From assembly GCA_001643675.2 (NCBI GenBank), contig LSRY02000013.1:1612001-1676000 (forward strand): a stretch of 64,000 nucleotides of DNA, read 5' to 3'. Position numbers and translations under genes: made by a program. This document shows positions 37,398-50,899 of the stretch, in pieces; the stretch's first letter is position 1, and every line of letters starts with the position of its first letter. The stretch is from Monocercomonoides exilis PA203 (lineage: Eukaryota > Protista > Preaxostyla). The notes below the pieces were generated by a model. That model did not search any database, was not told the origin of the DNA, and saw nothing but the letters and a program-made list of their open reading frames with translations.

Positions 37398-40300
37398 TTG
37401 TTGTTTCCCGTTTCTTATGGAGAGAAGCAAATTATTCTATGTTTGTCCTTCAAGGCATTTTGTTTGTTTATTTATTTTTTAATTTTAATTATATTTCCAA
37501 GTCTTTTATTTTCTTCTTCTTCTGCCTCATTGAATGTTGGTTTTCCAGCTGCATCTTTCCCGATTTCAAGTGATCAAACCAAGAATCCCTCTTCATCATC
37601 ATTTTCTTCTTCTTCTGTTTCACTGCTGAGCATGCCATCAATTGCATTCGGAAGAGCACTCAAACGAAGCGGAGGGAGAAAAGCGCTTGCTGCCTTCAAG
37701 CGGACAGTTCGTATGAAGACATACACAAACTCAAGAATTGCTCCACCAGAGTTCAAATCAGAAGTGCTAGGGCTGACAAATAAGATGGGAGGAAGTGGAA
37801 ATAACATCAATAATAATAATAACAGCAAGAAGAAGAAGCTATTACGTGTGGGGATGTGGCAAGTGCTGCTGGCTATTCCAAGAGGAAGACCACCGAAGAT
37901 GCGGAAGAAGAAGATGATGACAGCGATGGGGCTGAGTCAACAGGTGCAGAAGAGCGAAGGAGGAGCAAGTGCAAATGTGACTGTACAGTATTCGAGGTGT
38001 TTGGAGTCAGCTGCCGCGGCATTGGAGAGTTAGAGGAAGCTTGGAAACAAAGAGAAAGTGAAAGAAGATGAGAAGGGAAAAAGGAAAAAGGAGAAAGATA
38101 AGGAAAGAATTATTTCAGTGTTTGATGAGCTTCCTTCAGATGAATAGGAGTTTTGAAGGCAAAGAGGAGCAAAGTGCAGAGGGAAAGCGGGAGTGAAAGG
38201 GGAAAAAAAGCGAAAGGAAAAGCATTCCAATCAAAGACAAGTCCGATGATGGGTTCATAAGCTGTCCTAAGTGAGCTTCTTTCGAAAAAGTTGGAGCTGC
38301 TTTGTGTGGCAGATGGCAGCATCACATTTGACTCTTCTGAATCTGACACTCGTGAGACAAGTGGAAGAAGCAGAAGTGACATTGAGTGGAATGGCTATGA
38401 CGAGGAAGTGGATGATAAGGAGGAAGAAGAAGAAGAAGAAGACGTGGAGTTAGACAGGATTCTTAGTGCAAAGATATCCATGACAAGCACACAGGCAAAT
38501 CGGCAGACACCGAAAAAGATCAGATTTGTTTTTGAATATGGCACCTCTACCACATTCAACTCAGCAAAAATAAGAGAAAACAGCTCAATCGAAGCAACAT
38601 TAATAACAACTGAGATGAAGGACAGGGAGAAAAGAGATTCACTTAAGAAATTGATGAAGAACACACTGAAGCAGATACATGGAAGGATCATTCCAACAAT
38701 CAATCCAACCGATATTAGACTTTATGCAAATCTCGTTCAGGAAGAGGAAAGCAAGGCAAAGAAGCAAAAAAGAAAGTTCTTGCCGAGAGGGAAAGGGAAG
38801 AACATGAACTATTTGATTCGAAATGAAGAGAGGAAAGAGTGAGTGAACGGAGCAGGTACAACAGACACTGAAGAAGCAGAAGAAGACAGTGAAGATGATG
38901 ACAACGACGATAGCGATGATAGTGACGTTAGTGATGATGAAGACAGTTTGTATTTAACACGATCTGCTAACTCCTCAAATGCCTCTTAAACAGACAAGGC
39001 AGCAGAAAGAAAAGAAGACACAAATACACTCCTTGCCCTGCTTTTCTCTAGCAAGCAGCGAAAGACGCTTTCATCGGAATCCCTAAAGAGCAATCAGAAG
39101 TCGCATGTTTCTTTCTCACCCACCTCAACCATCTTCAGCGGAGAGCTCAGTCCGACTCCTCTGCCTCTGTCGCTCCTTCAGCCAAGCTCACAAGGAAAAT
39201 GGAGAGAAAGAAGAGGAAGAGAACACAGTTGGCTCAGACGGCAGCAGAGAAGCCCGGCAGAACCCACCAGAAGACACAGCAACCACAGCTTGGCGGCTGT
39301 TTCTGTGTCACGAAGACATCTTGTCCTGTCTGCCATCAGAGCAGCACTCGGCAGAGAATTGCAGGCACATCTCAGAGCAGCTGCGGAAAACGGGTTTGCG
39401 ATAGCTTCTTCTTCTGCAAGTGTGTCTTGTTAGGCGGCATGCCAATGCAAATGGAGAAGATAGAGGAGGAGGAGTAGATGACCTTGGGAACAATTCTGTG
39501 TTTGGGGAGAAAAACAAACAGAAGACAGGGCCGAAGAAGCTGTTTGTGAGGTTGATGAACAGATTGGGCAGGATGAAGGCGCTTCTTTGCTTCACTCTCT
39601 CGGAAAGGCACTCTTCCATCTTTTCAACCAGCTTTGGTCACCTCAGCTTCCAAAGCAAACAACCATTCCTTCTTCGCATGCCGGGACAACAGGGGGAATA
39701 TTGGCAAATGATGCGAACTCGTTTCTGAGCCTGTTGTGTGGAACGAGGCTGTTCAGCTTGGGAGGAGAAGATACTGTGAGAGATATGCAACTGGTGGAGA
39801 ACATGAGAAAGTAGATGAGTTTGTGGAGAGGAGAAGGAAGGGCAGCTGTGGAAGGAGTGTACGAGGCGAGAGACACAGCTGAGCTGTTCTGCGAAGAGAG
39901 GTGAATCTACAGCAACGAGTGTGAAGTGCATAAAAAGATCAATAGGAAGAATGACGACAATAACTTCTCTTTGGATGCAATGGAAAGAGAGTTATATGCA
40001 ATCAATGCGAATATTCTGCTTGACCCACTATTGTTTGCTTCGTCTGTCTTTTTCAAAAACCAACAACTTCTGCTGTCTGCCTCAGAAAATACAATTTTAG
40101 TTCCTCCTCAAAGAACGGCATATGTCCCATCCATCGGAGAAATTCTACTCGAACTGACAAATCCATCTTTTCAGTTTGCTCTGCTGCGTATTGAACGGAC
40201 ACAGAAAGAAGAGCAATATTCGACTCTGCCTTCTTCTCTCAAGTTTTCATGGGTGCCTCTTGTCAACATGTTCCCTCTCCCGCTTTTTCATTTGCTCACT

Positions 40301-41105
40301 TCAATCGTCCGCACTCTGCCTTCAAAGATTCTTTCAGTATCTTTCACTTCATCTTCCGTGTTCTCCATCCCTTCTTTATTCACATCCTGCGTCACTTCTT
40401 TTTCTATTTCTCAGTCCATGTAATCCTCCATCACAACACCTGCTATCATCTCATTCTCCACTCAGCCCATTAGCCCTTCTGCCGCCTAGTCCAATCGCCT
40501 GCTGCTTTGTCTGCTGGCCATGCGCACTGCACTCACTGCTGTTGCAACCGCTGTTCACAGGCTGATGGTGAAGGATGTCTTGTTCCACAAAATATCAGCC
40601 ATATTCGAGATGCACCAAAACCAGAAACATTCTTCTTCTCCTTCGATGTCCATTTCTTCCTTTCTCATTCAGCGGTTAAAGGCCGTTGGTGCTTCATTCA
40701 CACAACAAGTCACACCTTCCTCTTTTGCATCTTCTCAGCAAACATCTGAGTCTCAGTCAACTTCATTGGCATCGAATATTGCAACAGATGCACTGGACCT
40801 GAGTGGATCTTCAAATTCTGCTGCTGATGAAGCTAATACAACTTCTGTTGGCATGCGATAAATGCATAAGGAACAGCAAGTGGAAGAAGAGGAGAACTTC
40901 CCTATCAGATAAAGAAAGACTAATTCTCAGCAATTCTTCCACATCAGCTTCAGACAAGCGTCACCTCCTTTCAGTTACCTCTCTCTTCTCTTTCGCAATC
41001 TCCCTCTCCTTCTCCCTCTTCTCCGTCATTCACATCAAAAAATTCTCCATCCTCAGTTTTCCTCCCTTTTCCTTCGACTCATTCTCTCCCACTTCAGAGT
41101 CGTGA
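37398..41105 (+). pseudogene. Decayed cargo gene in the right arm of the 21-kb element, unidentified
   Basis: Chain of plus-strand ORFs (37398-38033, 38291-38842, 39926-40423, 40520-40861) with stops and frameshifts. Confidence 0.4.
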
Positions 41106-41379
41106 ACGGGTATCTTTTTCTTTTTCTTTTCTCCCCCATCTGGAGCAATTCCTGAGAATTCTACGACGCGAAGTCTATTTTTTCAAAATTCTTTCTTTTT
41201 TTCAAAGGATATTCTTTTATCTTCACCTGCAACTGTCCTACTTGCTCTGCTTATCTCACAGCTACAATCTAATTCATAATCTTCTTCTTCTTCTTCTTCT
41301 TCACCTCCTCCTACTCCTTCTTCTTCAATAACAGAAATAACACCTTTATCATCATCTTCTTCTTCTTCTCCTCCTTTCA

Positions 41380-44080
41380 ATAGAAGGTGATTCAATGAAA
41401 GAATTTGGCACAGCCGAAGACTCAGAAGCAGCTCTTCTGCAGCGTCTGGCATTGAACGAACTTGATTCCCGTCTCTCAGACGCAGAGCGAAGGTGGATTT
41501 ATCACTCCAACTTATCCTATTCACTTGGGTGTTCTGCACTTCCTATTGTGTCGCCATCTTCTCTTCTCACACCAGGCACGCAAATTCACTCGTTTCCTGC
41601 GCCTTCTGTCTCCTCTCTATTTCCCCCGCCGCCTCCCCCGCGCGTGTGCGAAAAATGACCCTGTCAGAAAGAGAAAGATTAAAACAGTTTGTGACCCTCC
41701 ACGTGCGCAACTGCCTCTTCCTCATCTGCACATTCTGTGGGAACAGCAACTGCCACCTCAGCTCTGCTACCACAGACGTCTTAGCCTCTTTCTTCAGCGG
41801 CGGCGACAGCATCGACGACCCTGACATCACAGGAGCCAAATGGGCAAAAGAATGCCTGCGCATCAGTTCCCCCACTGTCCAGCACGCTGCTTTGCTCGCC
41901 CTCAACCGCCTGGCTGAAACTCACCCGCCCTCAAAGTACTTCGACTTGTGGAACCCGATCTTTCCTGAGCTACTGAATGCAGAGCAGATGAAGAGGTACT
42001 GCGAGGTCGACCGCTCCCTCTCCGCCTCGCTTGTCGCGCTGTTTGCATCGTCTGCTGTCAGCTTTGAGCACATTTCAGTTGCAATGCCTCGCATGCTCCT
42101 TTCATTGGTATCCCAATCACAGCTCTTCAGACAACCGTCCTGCAGATCCTGTTGGAGGCAGCGAAGAGGGGAGAAAGCGAGCGTCTGTCGCTGGATTCCC
42201 TCAGAGCCATCGAGTGGGCGTCTGCAGGGCTGAGATCAGTTCCAGATGAGCTTATCTTTAACGCCCTGCAGTTCTTTGTGGTGATGCTGGGCACGATACA
42301 CAACCGGCCTGACGCTGATAGCGCCATCACTTCTATCACACGAAGGAGGGAATATAATGGAGAGCGGTTTGGCTGCCCCTGCGAAATGCTGGCAGTTAGG
42401 ATGTGCTCGTTCACGTTCGAGTCGATGCTGAAGCTGATCAACCCGCTCACGCACACGCCACGCACAGTCTCTTTGGCTGTTGCTTGCATTTCGACCTTTG
42501 CTGAACTGGGATTTGGAGCAGAAGATGTGATGGAAGACAGGATTGCGCTGCAGCTGTACCAGAAACCGGAGGAAAGGGCGTCGTTTTTCTTTTCTCTGGC
42601 TTCTTCTCCTGGTGGGAGTGGGAGTGGAAGAATAGCATCAGCAGCAAATGCGACGGAAGCAATGTATTCTTCTTCTTCCTCTCCCTTTCACTTTCCCTCT
42701 TCATATTCCTCTTCCGACCAAAAACTTCACTTCGACTCCGGCACCTGCTTCATCCGCCTTCTCATATCCCTCTTTTTCACCAAGTTCCCTTCCCTCACCT
42801 CTCTCTCTTCCCTCTCCTCCACCAGCCCCAACGCCTACCTCCGCCTCTACCCAACTCCTCCTCTCGTCTACGCCGCCCGCGCCTTAACCCACTTTGCCAA
42901 GCAAGACAGACGCATAGCACATTCTTTGTCTTCTATCAGAATCAGTTTCCCCTCCTGGCCTTCCACACATATCTTGCTCTCTTCTGTTGTTCCGCAGCTG
43001 CTGGAGACGATGGAGGGAATTAACTTGGCGAATGTGCTGAGTTTTGTGGCGGTTGTGTGTGAGATTAGCAGGGCTTTTAGAAAGCAGCTGGTGGAGATGG
43101 ATATCTTTGGGATCGTGCTGAAGATGACAAGAATGGGAGGGGAGGCGTATGCGAAGAAGAGGAAAGAGGAAGGAGAAGAAGAAGGAAGTAACAAAGAAGT
43201 GGATGATAATAATAAAGAAGGTGATATGAGAGAAACTTCCATAGATTCAGATAGAAAGCACGTATTCAGCCCAAGTCCGCTATCTCCTTCGAATTTTGCT
43301 CAAAATAATGCAACTTCAGAAAATAATCCCTTCATCGCCCAGATCGCTTCCCCAACCCCTCCAGAACTCATTCCTGCAGACATCAAAAGCAGCTTAAATA
43401 GAAAGCATATAACACCGCTGGATTCAGAAGAAGCTGAAAATGAAGAGAATGAAGAAGATAATGACAACGATAATGACGAAGGAAGTTCAAACGAAAGAGA
43501 AGAAAGAGACGATATTGAAATTGAAAATGAGGGAGAAAGAGAAAGAAGTTTAGAAGAAGAAGAAGTTGAGAATATCAGCAGACAAAGCAGAAGATGAGAA
43601 AGAAGAGAGGAAAGAAGAGCGATCACTGCCGCATCGCGGAATTCTCGTCGGAGTGTGCAGACAGCTAGCCGTTCAGTCGATGCTTTCTCAACAGCCTCAG
43701 CTGCTGCTGGCACACTCAATGCCTCATTCTCTGCTTCTTCTTCTTCTTCTTCTTCTTCTTCAATTTATTCTTCTTCTTCTTCAATTTATTCTTCTTCTTC
43801 TTCCTTTTCTTCTTCTTCACCTTCTTCTTCACCTTCTTCTTCACCTTCTTCTTCACCTTCTTCTTCTTCTTCTCCTTCTTTCTCCTTCTTGGATATTTCT
43901 TTTTCTACGCTTCTTCTTCTTCTTCTTCTTCTTCTTCACATTCTTCTTTGCCTTCTTCTTCTTCTTCTTCTTCCTCTTCCTCTTTCTATTTCACTTCTAC
44001 CACTACTACTTCTTTTTCTTCTTTTTCTTATCGTATTTCTTCATTTTTTGCATCTTCATAATGGATAACAGCAGAAATTA
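41380..44080 (+). pseudogene. Decayed ARM/HEAT-like helical protein gene with acidic and Ser-rich tails
   Basis: ORFs 41493-42233 and 42152-43597 (VQHAALLALNRL...LWNPIFPELL; LVEMDIFGIVLKM) overlap through frameshifts. Confidence 0.45.
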
Positions 44081-44249
44081 AAAAGAATGGAATTTATGAA
44101 GAAATCAACTTCTTTAAAAAAAATGAAAAGAAGATGATAAGTGAATGAAGAGAATGAAGATAAAGAGAAGAAGAATTTGTTTTGTCAATAAATGATGATT
44201 GGAAATTTGAAAGAAAAAAATGAAGATATTGATAAATGAAAAAGTTAAA

Positions 44250-46040
44250 TAGAAATGGAGAGAAGTTTGAAGAAAAGACGTCGACGAACAGCAACAGTAC
44301 GCGACATCGAACAAGAAGAGTTCGTTGAATGTCAGAACCATTCCGTCCGTTTCTTCTTTTTCATATGCTCTTTGGAGCATTGCAACAATCATCATGGAAG
44401 GGAATTGATTGGCGAAGCAGAGGAAAGAATATCCACCGTTTCGTTTCTATGTGAGTAAATGAAAGAGCATTCAGGAGCCTTTCCAGGGTTAGGCAATGAG
44501 GAGTACACAAAAGTTAGAGCAGTTGCTGTTGTGGAAGGTGGAGGGGTAATTCAGGATGGAGAGGCTGTCGTTGGTGAGTTGAAAGTGGCCTTCGAGCATG
44601 CTTCGACAGAGCTGGCCGAGAAAAATGATAGTAAAGATAAAGCGCATCATGATGAAGGAGATTTCTGACATTTTTATTCCAGAAAGATAAAGAAAAACTA
44701 TGCTTTTGCTAACAATGGCGAGGACTGTTATAAAAAGATGTTCGAAGATGCTTATTGATTCATCGTCAAGCATAAGCAAAGTTGAAGCAACTTTGAGAAC
44801 TGAGAGGTTGATGTGGAAGAGATTAAGGGAGTAAGCAGTGAGAGTACAAGAAGCATAAGGAAAGAGGCGAAAGGGATGAACAGGTGCGTTGGAGAGGTGA
44901 GTGGTGTTTTTGCAGGCACAAAGCAGTTTTGAGTTGAGGCAGACATGTTGGTTGGAAGGAGAAAAAAGGGATAATTCGAAGGAACAATTGAAGCAGAGGT
45001 GGCTTAAAGGATGATGCAGCCATTGAGAAACACAACGGAAGCCAACTGATGGTGTTCAAATGAACAAGATCAAGACTTCTGGAGATAAACCAGAATCGGA
45101 TTATGGAAAGAGAGATATGGGCTTCGAAAGAGAAGGAGGAGATCCAAAAGATATTGACGAGTGTTATCGATGCAGAGGATAATGGGCAAGCGGATGATCT
45201 GGTGGCTTGATCGACGAATATCTGTTGGACGCAGTAGAAGAAGAAGAGGATGAGATTGTGACCGGCATAGAAGTTGAGGCCGGGACGGGAGGAGTTGATG
45301 TCGCAAAAGGAGGCTTCTGTGACGAGAGAGAGTTGGAAAAAGTGAAGGAAAAAGAGGAACTCGTTGTTTGGGCTTGGATGCTGCAGCACTGGAGAAAGAT
45401 GCACTTGCCCGCAAAGGCGTTATTCAAGGCTTAGCGGAGAGCGAGGATGGAAACGGGGTTGGCAGATGCGACAGCTTTGTGGGAGCAGTCGAGAAAGAGG
45501 CAGTCGCTGTTTGTTGAGCAAGTGATGATGCACTGGATGAGGATGCAAATCAATGCGCGCAACTGGTGAACACTTACGCCTCGGCAGCACAGTCTTCAGC
45601 ACATCTCCTCTCCGCTTTCCCGCTTGAACTGTCCCGTTGCATGACAGCACGATGTTGGTGATGTTGGCAAAGTCCAAAGCGAAGACTTTTCTTATGTCTG
45701 TGGCCGCCAACCTCGAGACAGTCTTTCCGGCCAGTGTGGGTGGGCTGACAACATCGAGGGCAGCGACAGTGATCAAAGAAAACGAGACTGAGAGGGATTT
45801 GAGTTCAGAGGAAGTGGATGCAGAAACTGACACAATATACATGAAAAGGAGAGGGCGCAGTTGTTATAAGACACACGCACTTCAACAGCTTCCACAGTTG
45901 CATATGAAAAAGGTGTTTGTGGAGTCTGCATATAAAAAGAGCAGCCTGCAAAAGCCGAGCAACTGAGGAGGTAGTATCAGGATGAAGGATGAAAGACGAG
46001 GAAGATGATGAAGGATTGAGAGAGGGGAAAAAGAAAAAGT
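44250..46040 (-). pseudogene. Decayed ORF of unknown function next to the right TIR of the 21-kb element (paralogue of 5960-7740)
   Basis: RFIFTIIFLGQLCRSML...LTNDSLSILNYPST...FNELFL, PKQRVPLF and LLRPTDIR. Confidence 0.55.
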
Positions 46041-46899
46041 TCAAGTGAAGATTTTCGTTCTGTGGAAGATTAAAAAGTGTCTGAATGAGAAATTCTTAAA
46101 TATCATATTGTTTCTTTTGTAATTTTTTTCAATAGCTTTGATCAATTAATTTAAATAACTAATTTAAAGAATTATTAATTTAAATACAATTATTAACAAT
46201 GAATAATTGTTTATTCGACAAATATTATGTGCTTCCATCATATTTTTCTATATGTGTTAATGAAAATTATTCGTTTTCTATAAATGTTTCAAGATCTTCA
46301 TAGTCAATTTATAAATTACTTTGCATTAACATCATAAAACTAGTTTTTTTAAATAAAAAATTGATTGATTTCATATTGTTATTATTGTTTTCACGTTTAA
46401 AATACCAGTGAACATTTGTATCGTTCTGTTTATTGAATTATCGATATTTTCTATTAATTTTTTATGTTTTCTTCAAATTTTGTAATAAAAACAATTAAAA
46501 TCAAATTAAAATCAACAAATTAATAATTATAATTATATATTAATGCATATTTTCGCAAATTTTTTTCTGAAATATTTTCTTATAAACCAAACCCTTAATA
46601 AAATAATTTTTTGATCAAACTTCGTAATTTTTTATGATATCAAAAAAAATCACCCATATACAATTAAACTGCGATTCATTTTATTTAAGCTTGAACGAAT
46701 TCAATTCCAATGATGGAAGGGAATTGTTTTCCCATTGAAATCCACTGATAAAAAAAAGCAGAAGATATATTCGAGATGAAAATTCAGTGGTGTGTATAAA
46801 TTATTACTCAAATTCTTGAATAATGTATTATTTGTTAAATTTTATTTTGATGAATAATTTTTAAGCCTTGAACATTGTTATAAGGTTGTGCAAATAAAG

Positions 46900-47735
46900 A
46901 AAATTGAAGAAATGAGCGAATAAATGGAAGGGATGCGCGAAGAGGAATTTAAATCGATTTTTATGGAAGAACTGTTTGACAAAATTAACAAATTTATCGA
47001 AGAAAATGTATTATTCATAGAAAATGTCACTCTGTTGTTGAAGCATGTCTAATATTACGCTTCACAGAAAGATTCAAGTATTGATAGTTTTGAAGAATCC
47101 TCATTACACAAAAGATTTGAGAAATTTATTGTTGAAAGGAAGAAGAAAATGGATGAATAGAGGTGCATATTATCAGGAGATGAATGACTTCAATTAATGA
47201 ATTCTAATGCTTGCACAAGTTATGGAACGGAGAACGTGCAAAGCTTGTATTTGGCAAAGCTCTCGTGTTGCAAGCATCATGAGATGATTGAACAGAAAAT
47301 CAAGTTTATTGTCTTTATTCATTTAAAGAAGCAGCGGAAAATAGAATAGTGGTAATTGATAACATGCAGAAAGGATGTGCAATTAATCCACTTTCGGAGG
47401 AGATTCAGCAGCCTACAACTGTTGATTATATGATGAGGATATGTTTGCATTCCATTTTAAATATTTCAGGATGGTTTAATGAAAAGTCAGATAACGGAGT
47501 GAATGAAGAGAAAAGAATAGATCTGAAAAGAAAGATAATTGGAAAGATAAAAGAGAAAGGATACGAGGACTTTATCATAAGCTCTCATGGAACATTTGAT
47601 TTTCAAAACAGAAAATATTTTGATAATACATCATTCGATATTTATAAATATTTTGTGATTGAAAAACCAAATTCTTTTCAATTTGAACTGAAACTCCAAA
47701 TTTTTATATCTTTTGTATTCATTTCACAAATTTGA
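46900..47735 (+). pseudogene. Decayed member of an expanded helical-repeat multigene family
   Basis: EEEFKSIFMEELFDKINKFIEE...ENVTLLLKHV*...SLHKRFEKFIVE...EIQQPT...LKRKIIGKIKEKGYEDFI, with stops and deletions. The family assignment is from recall. Confidence 0.55.
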
Positions 47736-49735
47736 AAACATGCACTTGAGGATTTTATAAAGTTTTTAATTTTAAAATAATTTCTTTAAAATGAAGTGAA
47801 ACCTGACTGCTTTAATTAAGGAGTTAAATAAAAAGAAGCCGTAATTATTTTATTCTTTTCTTTTCTTCTTTGAATACTTCCTAATTGAACTTGTTGCTTC
47901 AATATGCTGATAACACATAACAAATCAATTATCTTTCTTTCATTATATCCAGCTGCCTCTCATTTCTCGAAATATTCAATCATTTAACATATCCGAAATT
48001 ATTCTGCAATGTGAAAGAGTTTTGTTTTGTCCAGACGTTTTCATCAATTCTTCAACAATCATTGTGTAATCAAAAAATAACATTAAATAAAAATAAGATG
48101 GAAAAAATCTAGAAAGAAAATAGATCTTCAAATATGAAGAAGAGCGAGGATGAAAAGCCGTAGAGCTCGTAAATCAAGTGACAGGAGGAATCAGACTTGA
48201 ACTGTTGAATGGATATTTAAGCAATACTTCAATTTGTCAAATATCATAAAGTTTTTATAAATTGCAAGCTCCTGAAAAACATTGCAAGACATTATTTCAT
48301 CGATTTCATGGGATATTTTAAATTCAAAAGAATGAAATTTCAAAATACTGTTCAATTATCAAAATCAATTCTGTTATCTTGTTGCATTTGTGCAAATCGC
48401 ATCAATCACTCTCATCAAGCAACTATATCTTCTTTGCTCAGATAAAAACTTCAGTTATTCAGCAATAACGTTTTTAAGATGCAAGAAACAGTTCCTTTTT
48501 GAATTTCATTTTTATCCGCTATTTAATTGAAGATGTGAAACAAACATCAAAAACTTTGTAACCAACATTTTAAATATGTTATTTACGTGTTTTTCTGGGA
48601 TGAAATTTACATCATATGAAGGAAAATGCAAAACAAAACAATCAAACAAAGAGTGATGAAATCACAAAAATAACAAATATGCACATCTTCAAACAATAAT
48701 TCGTGAAAACAATCTTTCAGCAAATAATCTTCAGTTCTTTTTTGTTTATATATATTTGGTTCTTTCATTAAAAAAGAAGGATTATCTAATATCAAACGAA
48801 AAGTTATGGTTGAAATATATAGAGAAACGAAATCTCAAACATTTCATATGCTCGACAAGTTATTTTGTTATTCTGTTTCTTTTTCGAACGTGCTTATTTC
48901 ATTGACAAAACGTATTGTCAGTGACAGAAATGACTTCCAGTGGCTTTTTAAAATCCAAGTTTCACTGATCTTGTCACTAAACCATTATGAACTTTTGTCA
49001 CCGATATTTCCGTTTCAAATTTTTCTTAAATAAATGCTTTAAACCAATTCAAAAATCATCATTATTTGAAAATAGCATAATTTCACATATTTATTTCAAA
49101 AAAGAATTGAAAAAAAGATTTTTTAAAAATAAAATGATTTGTGATCAAATGAAAAAAATGAGCATGTCGGTCACCTGTGTCAGTAACTGACAAAAATTGC
49201 CACTTGTCGCACAGGTATAATCCACACGTTTAAATCGATTTTTCAATTTATATTGTTTTAATGAAAAATATTGTTTATCATAAAGAAGAAAAAACAATTT
49301 TCATTTTTACAAATATTTCAAAATATACAGAAAAATACCCATTAATTTTCAAAAATTTGTGATTATTCACGATTTCAGTGTGATTATAACAGATGAAATT
49401 ATAACCGAGCTTCACTGTACTTGAAAAGTTTGTAACTTTTATTTACTTACATTTCCGTTTTGTCGCTGACAACCATAAGCACAATTTTTATTTAGTGTAA
49501 CACATGCTTAAACTGTTCTATATTTATAAAAGCATTTCAATTTGAATATATTCAAAATAAAATATATCGAATTAATTCTATTTATCTGAAATCAAATCAG
49601 TTTTGATTGACTCAATTCATAATTCAGATATTCGAGGATAATGCTCATTTAAGAAAAATTGAAATAATGGTCAAAATTGTTATTAATAAATATTTCTGAA
49701 ATTATATCATTCCTCAAAATCCTTTATTATCAATT

Positions 49736-50012
49736 TTGGAGCATTTGGAGCAAAGAACTACAATTCCAAATCAATATCAGGATGAAGAAGATTCAGTTCC
49801 TCGAAGGATTAAAGATTTAGCATTAAAAATATTTACAGACCCATCAATTGCATTTTTTCGACTGACGGGATTTGCTCGTTCAGAATTCTACATTCTTTTG
49901 TGTCTTCTTTCCGATTATTCACACCCACAACGAGGAAGAAAAAAAGCAATTAATTCTCTTGAAGAACAGCTCTTTTTCCTTCTCGACTTTCTTTATCATG
50001 GATCTAGCACAT
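49736..50012 (+). pseudogene. 5' fragment of an ISL2EU/IS5-like transposase truncated by a GGG-family insertion
   Basis: FFRLTGF...GRKKAINSLEEQLFFLLDFL (HTH_Tnp_4-like). 49742-50012 matches 60702-60972 except 1 nt and breaks at GCACAT|GGGTGA. Confidence 0.85.
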
Positions 50013-50015
50013 GGG

Positions 50016-50080
<65 letters not shown>

Positions 50081-50180
50081 CATAATAAAAGATCAAAAAT
50101 CGATAAAATAAAAACTATTGTGGTATTTTTTGATCATTCAACAAAAAATGATTTTTCGTGAATATTTATCTTCAAAAATA
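50013..50180. mobile_element. Left end of a GGG-family element; the T8 run of the TIR is expanded to 57 T
   Basis: GGGTGA(T57)AACATCATAATAAAAGATCAAAAATCG...TATTGTGGT...TGATCA parallels 25508-25620. Preceded by ACAT; right end not found. Confidence 0.75.
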
Positions 50181-50899
50181 ATTTCAAATGGGCATAATAG
50201 TACAATATAGCATTTTGCAAATTTCACTTATAACACTATATTCTGAACACATTTGTTGTTTAAAGAACATGTTGTATGATAAAAGTTTGCGGAAATGTGT
50301 ATTTGACAAAAAATAAAAAATAAATCTTTTCTATTTTTTCGTAATTCGAATTTCAACTAAAAAATGCATTTTGATGCAATTTTCACTATCTCCATCTCCT
50401 AAATAAACATCTCAATCATTAAAATCGTTTTTTCATCTTTTGCACGATCGGATCTCGATTTAATGCATTATTTTCCAATTAATAATTTTTTGATCGAATC
50501 CCATTAATAATTAAAAACACTTGATTTTTCTAATTATTTCGACTTCATGAGAAAACGTTTCCGCACAAAATCATTAGCATAAAAAACAATGATATAATAG
50601 ATGAAATCATGCCATATAAATTTTTTTCTATTTCAGTGAATACCATATTGTATCTTTATGCCTTTCAAATGTTTGTTTTATTCATAAATACATAAAATCA
50701 TACCTTTTTTATTAAAATTAAAAATATTGTATTGATCAAGTTTCTTTAAAAGTTTAAAAAATAGAAAAATCTAACTTCTAAAGGAAAATAGTCATTTCAT
50801 AATTGTTAAAACAAAACTTATTAAGAAAATTAATATTAACAGAACAAAATAGATGGTTATTAATGTGTATGCATTTATTATTCAAAAGAAAATACAATG

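Larger units (their letters stand above)
25508..46655. mobile_element. 21-kb GGG...CCC DNA transposon (Sola2-like or PHIS-like termini) with ATAT flanks and captured gene cargo
   Basis: Perfect 28-bp TIR GGGTGATTTTTTTTGATATCATAAAAAA at 25508, with its reverse complement ending at 46655. ATAT lies at 25504-25507 and 46656-46659. Confidence 0.8.
25070..49417. mobile_element. pogo/Tc1-mariner-like element with TA TSD (about 3.2 kb of its own sequence) interrupted by the 21-kb GGG element
   Basis: TA|CAGTCAAGCTCGGTTATAAT at 25070 and ATTATAACCGAGCTTCACTG|TA ending at 49417. Both ends have internal TGATTATAAC repeats and an inverted ACCTGTGCGA motif. Confidence 0.8.

Noticed and set aside
41493-43597. 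Specific assignment as a HEATR6-like gene
   Set aside because: Only a vague motif resemblance; kept as generic ARM/HEAT-like.
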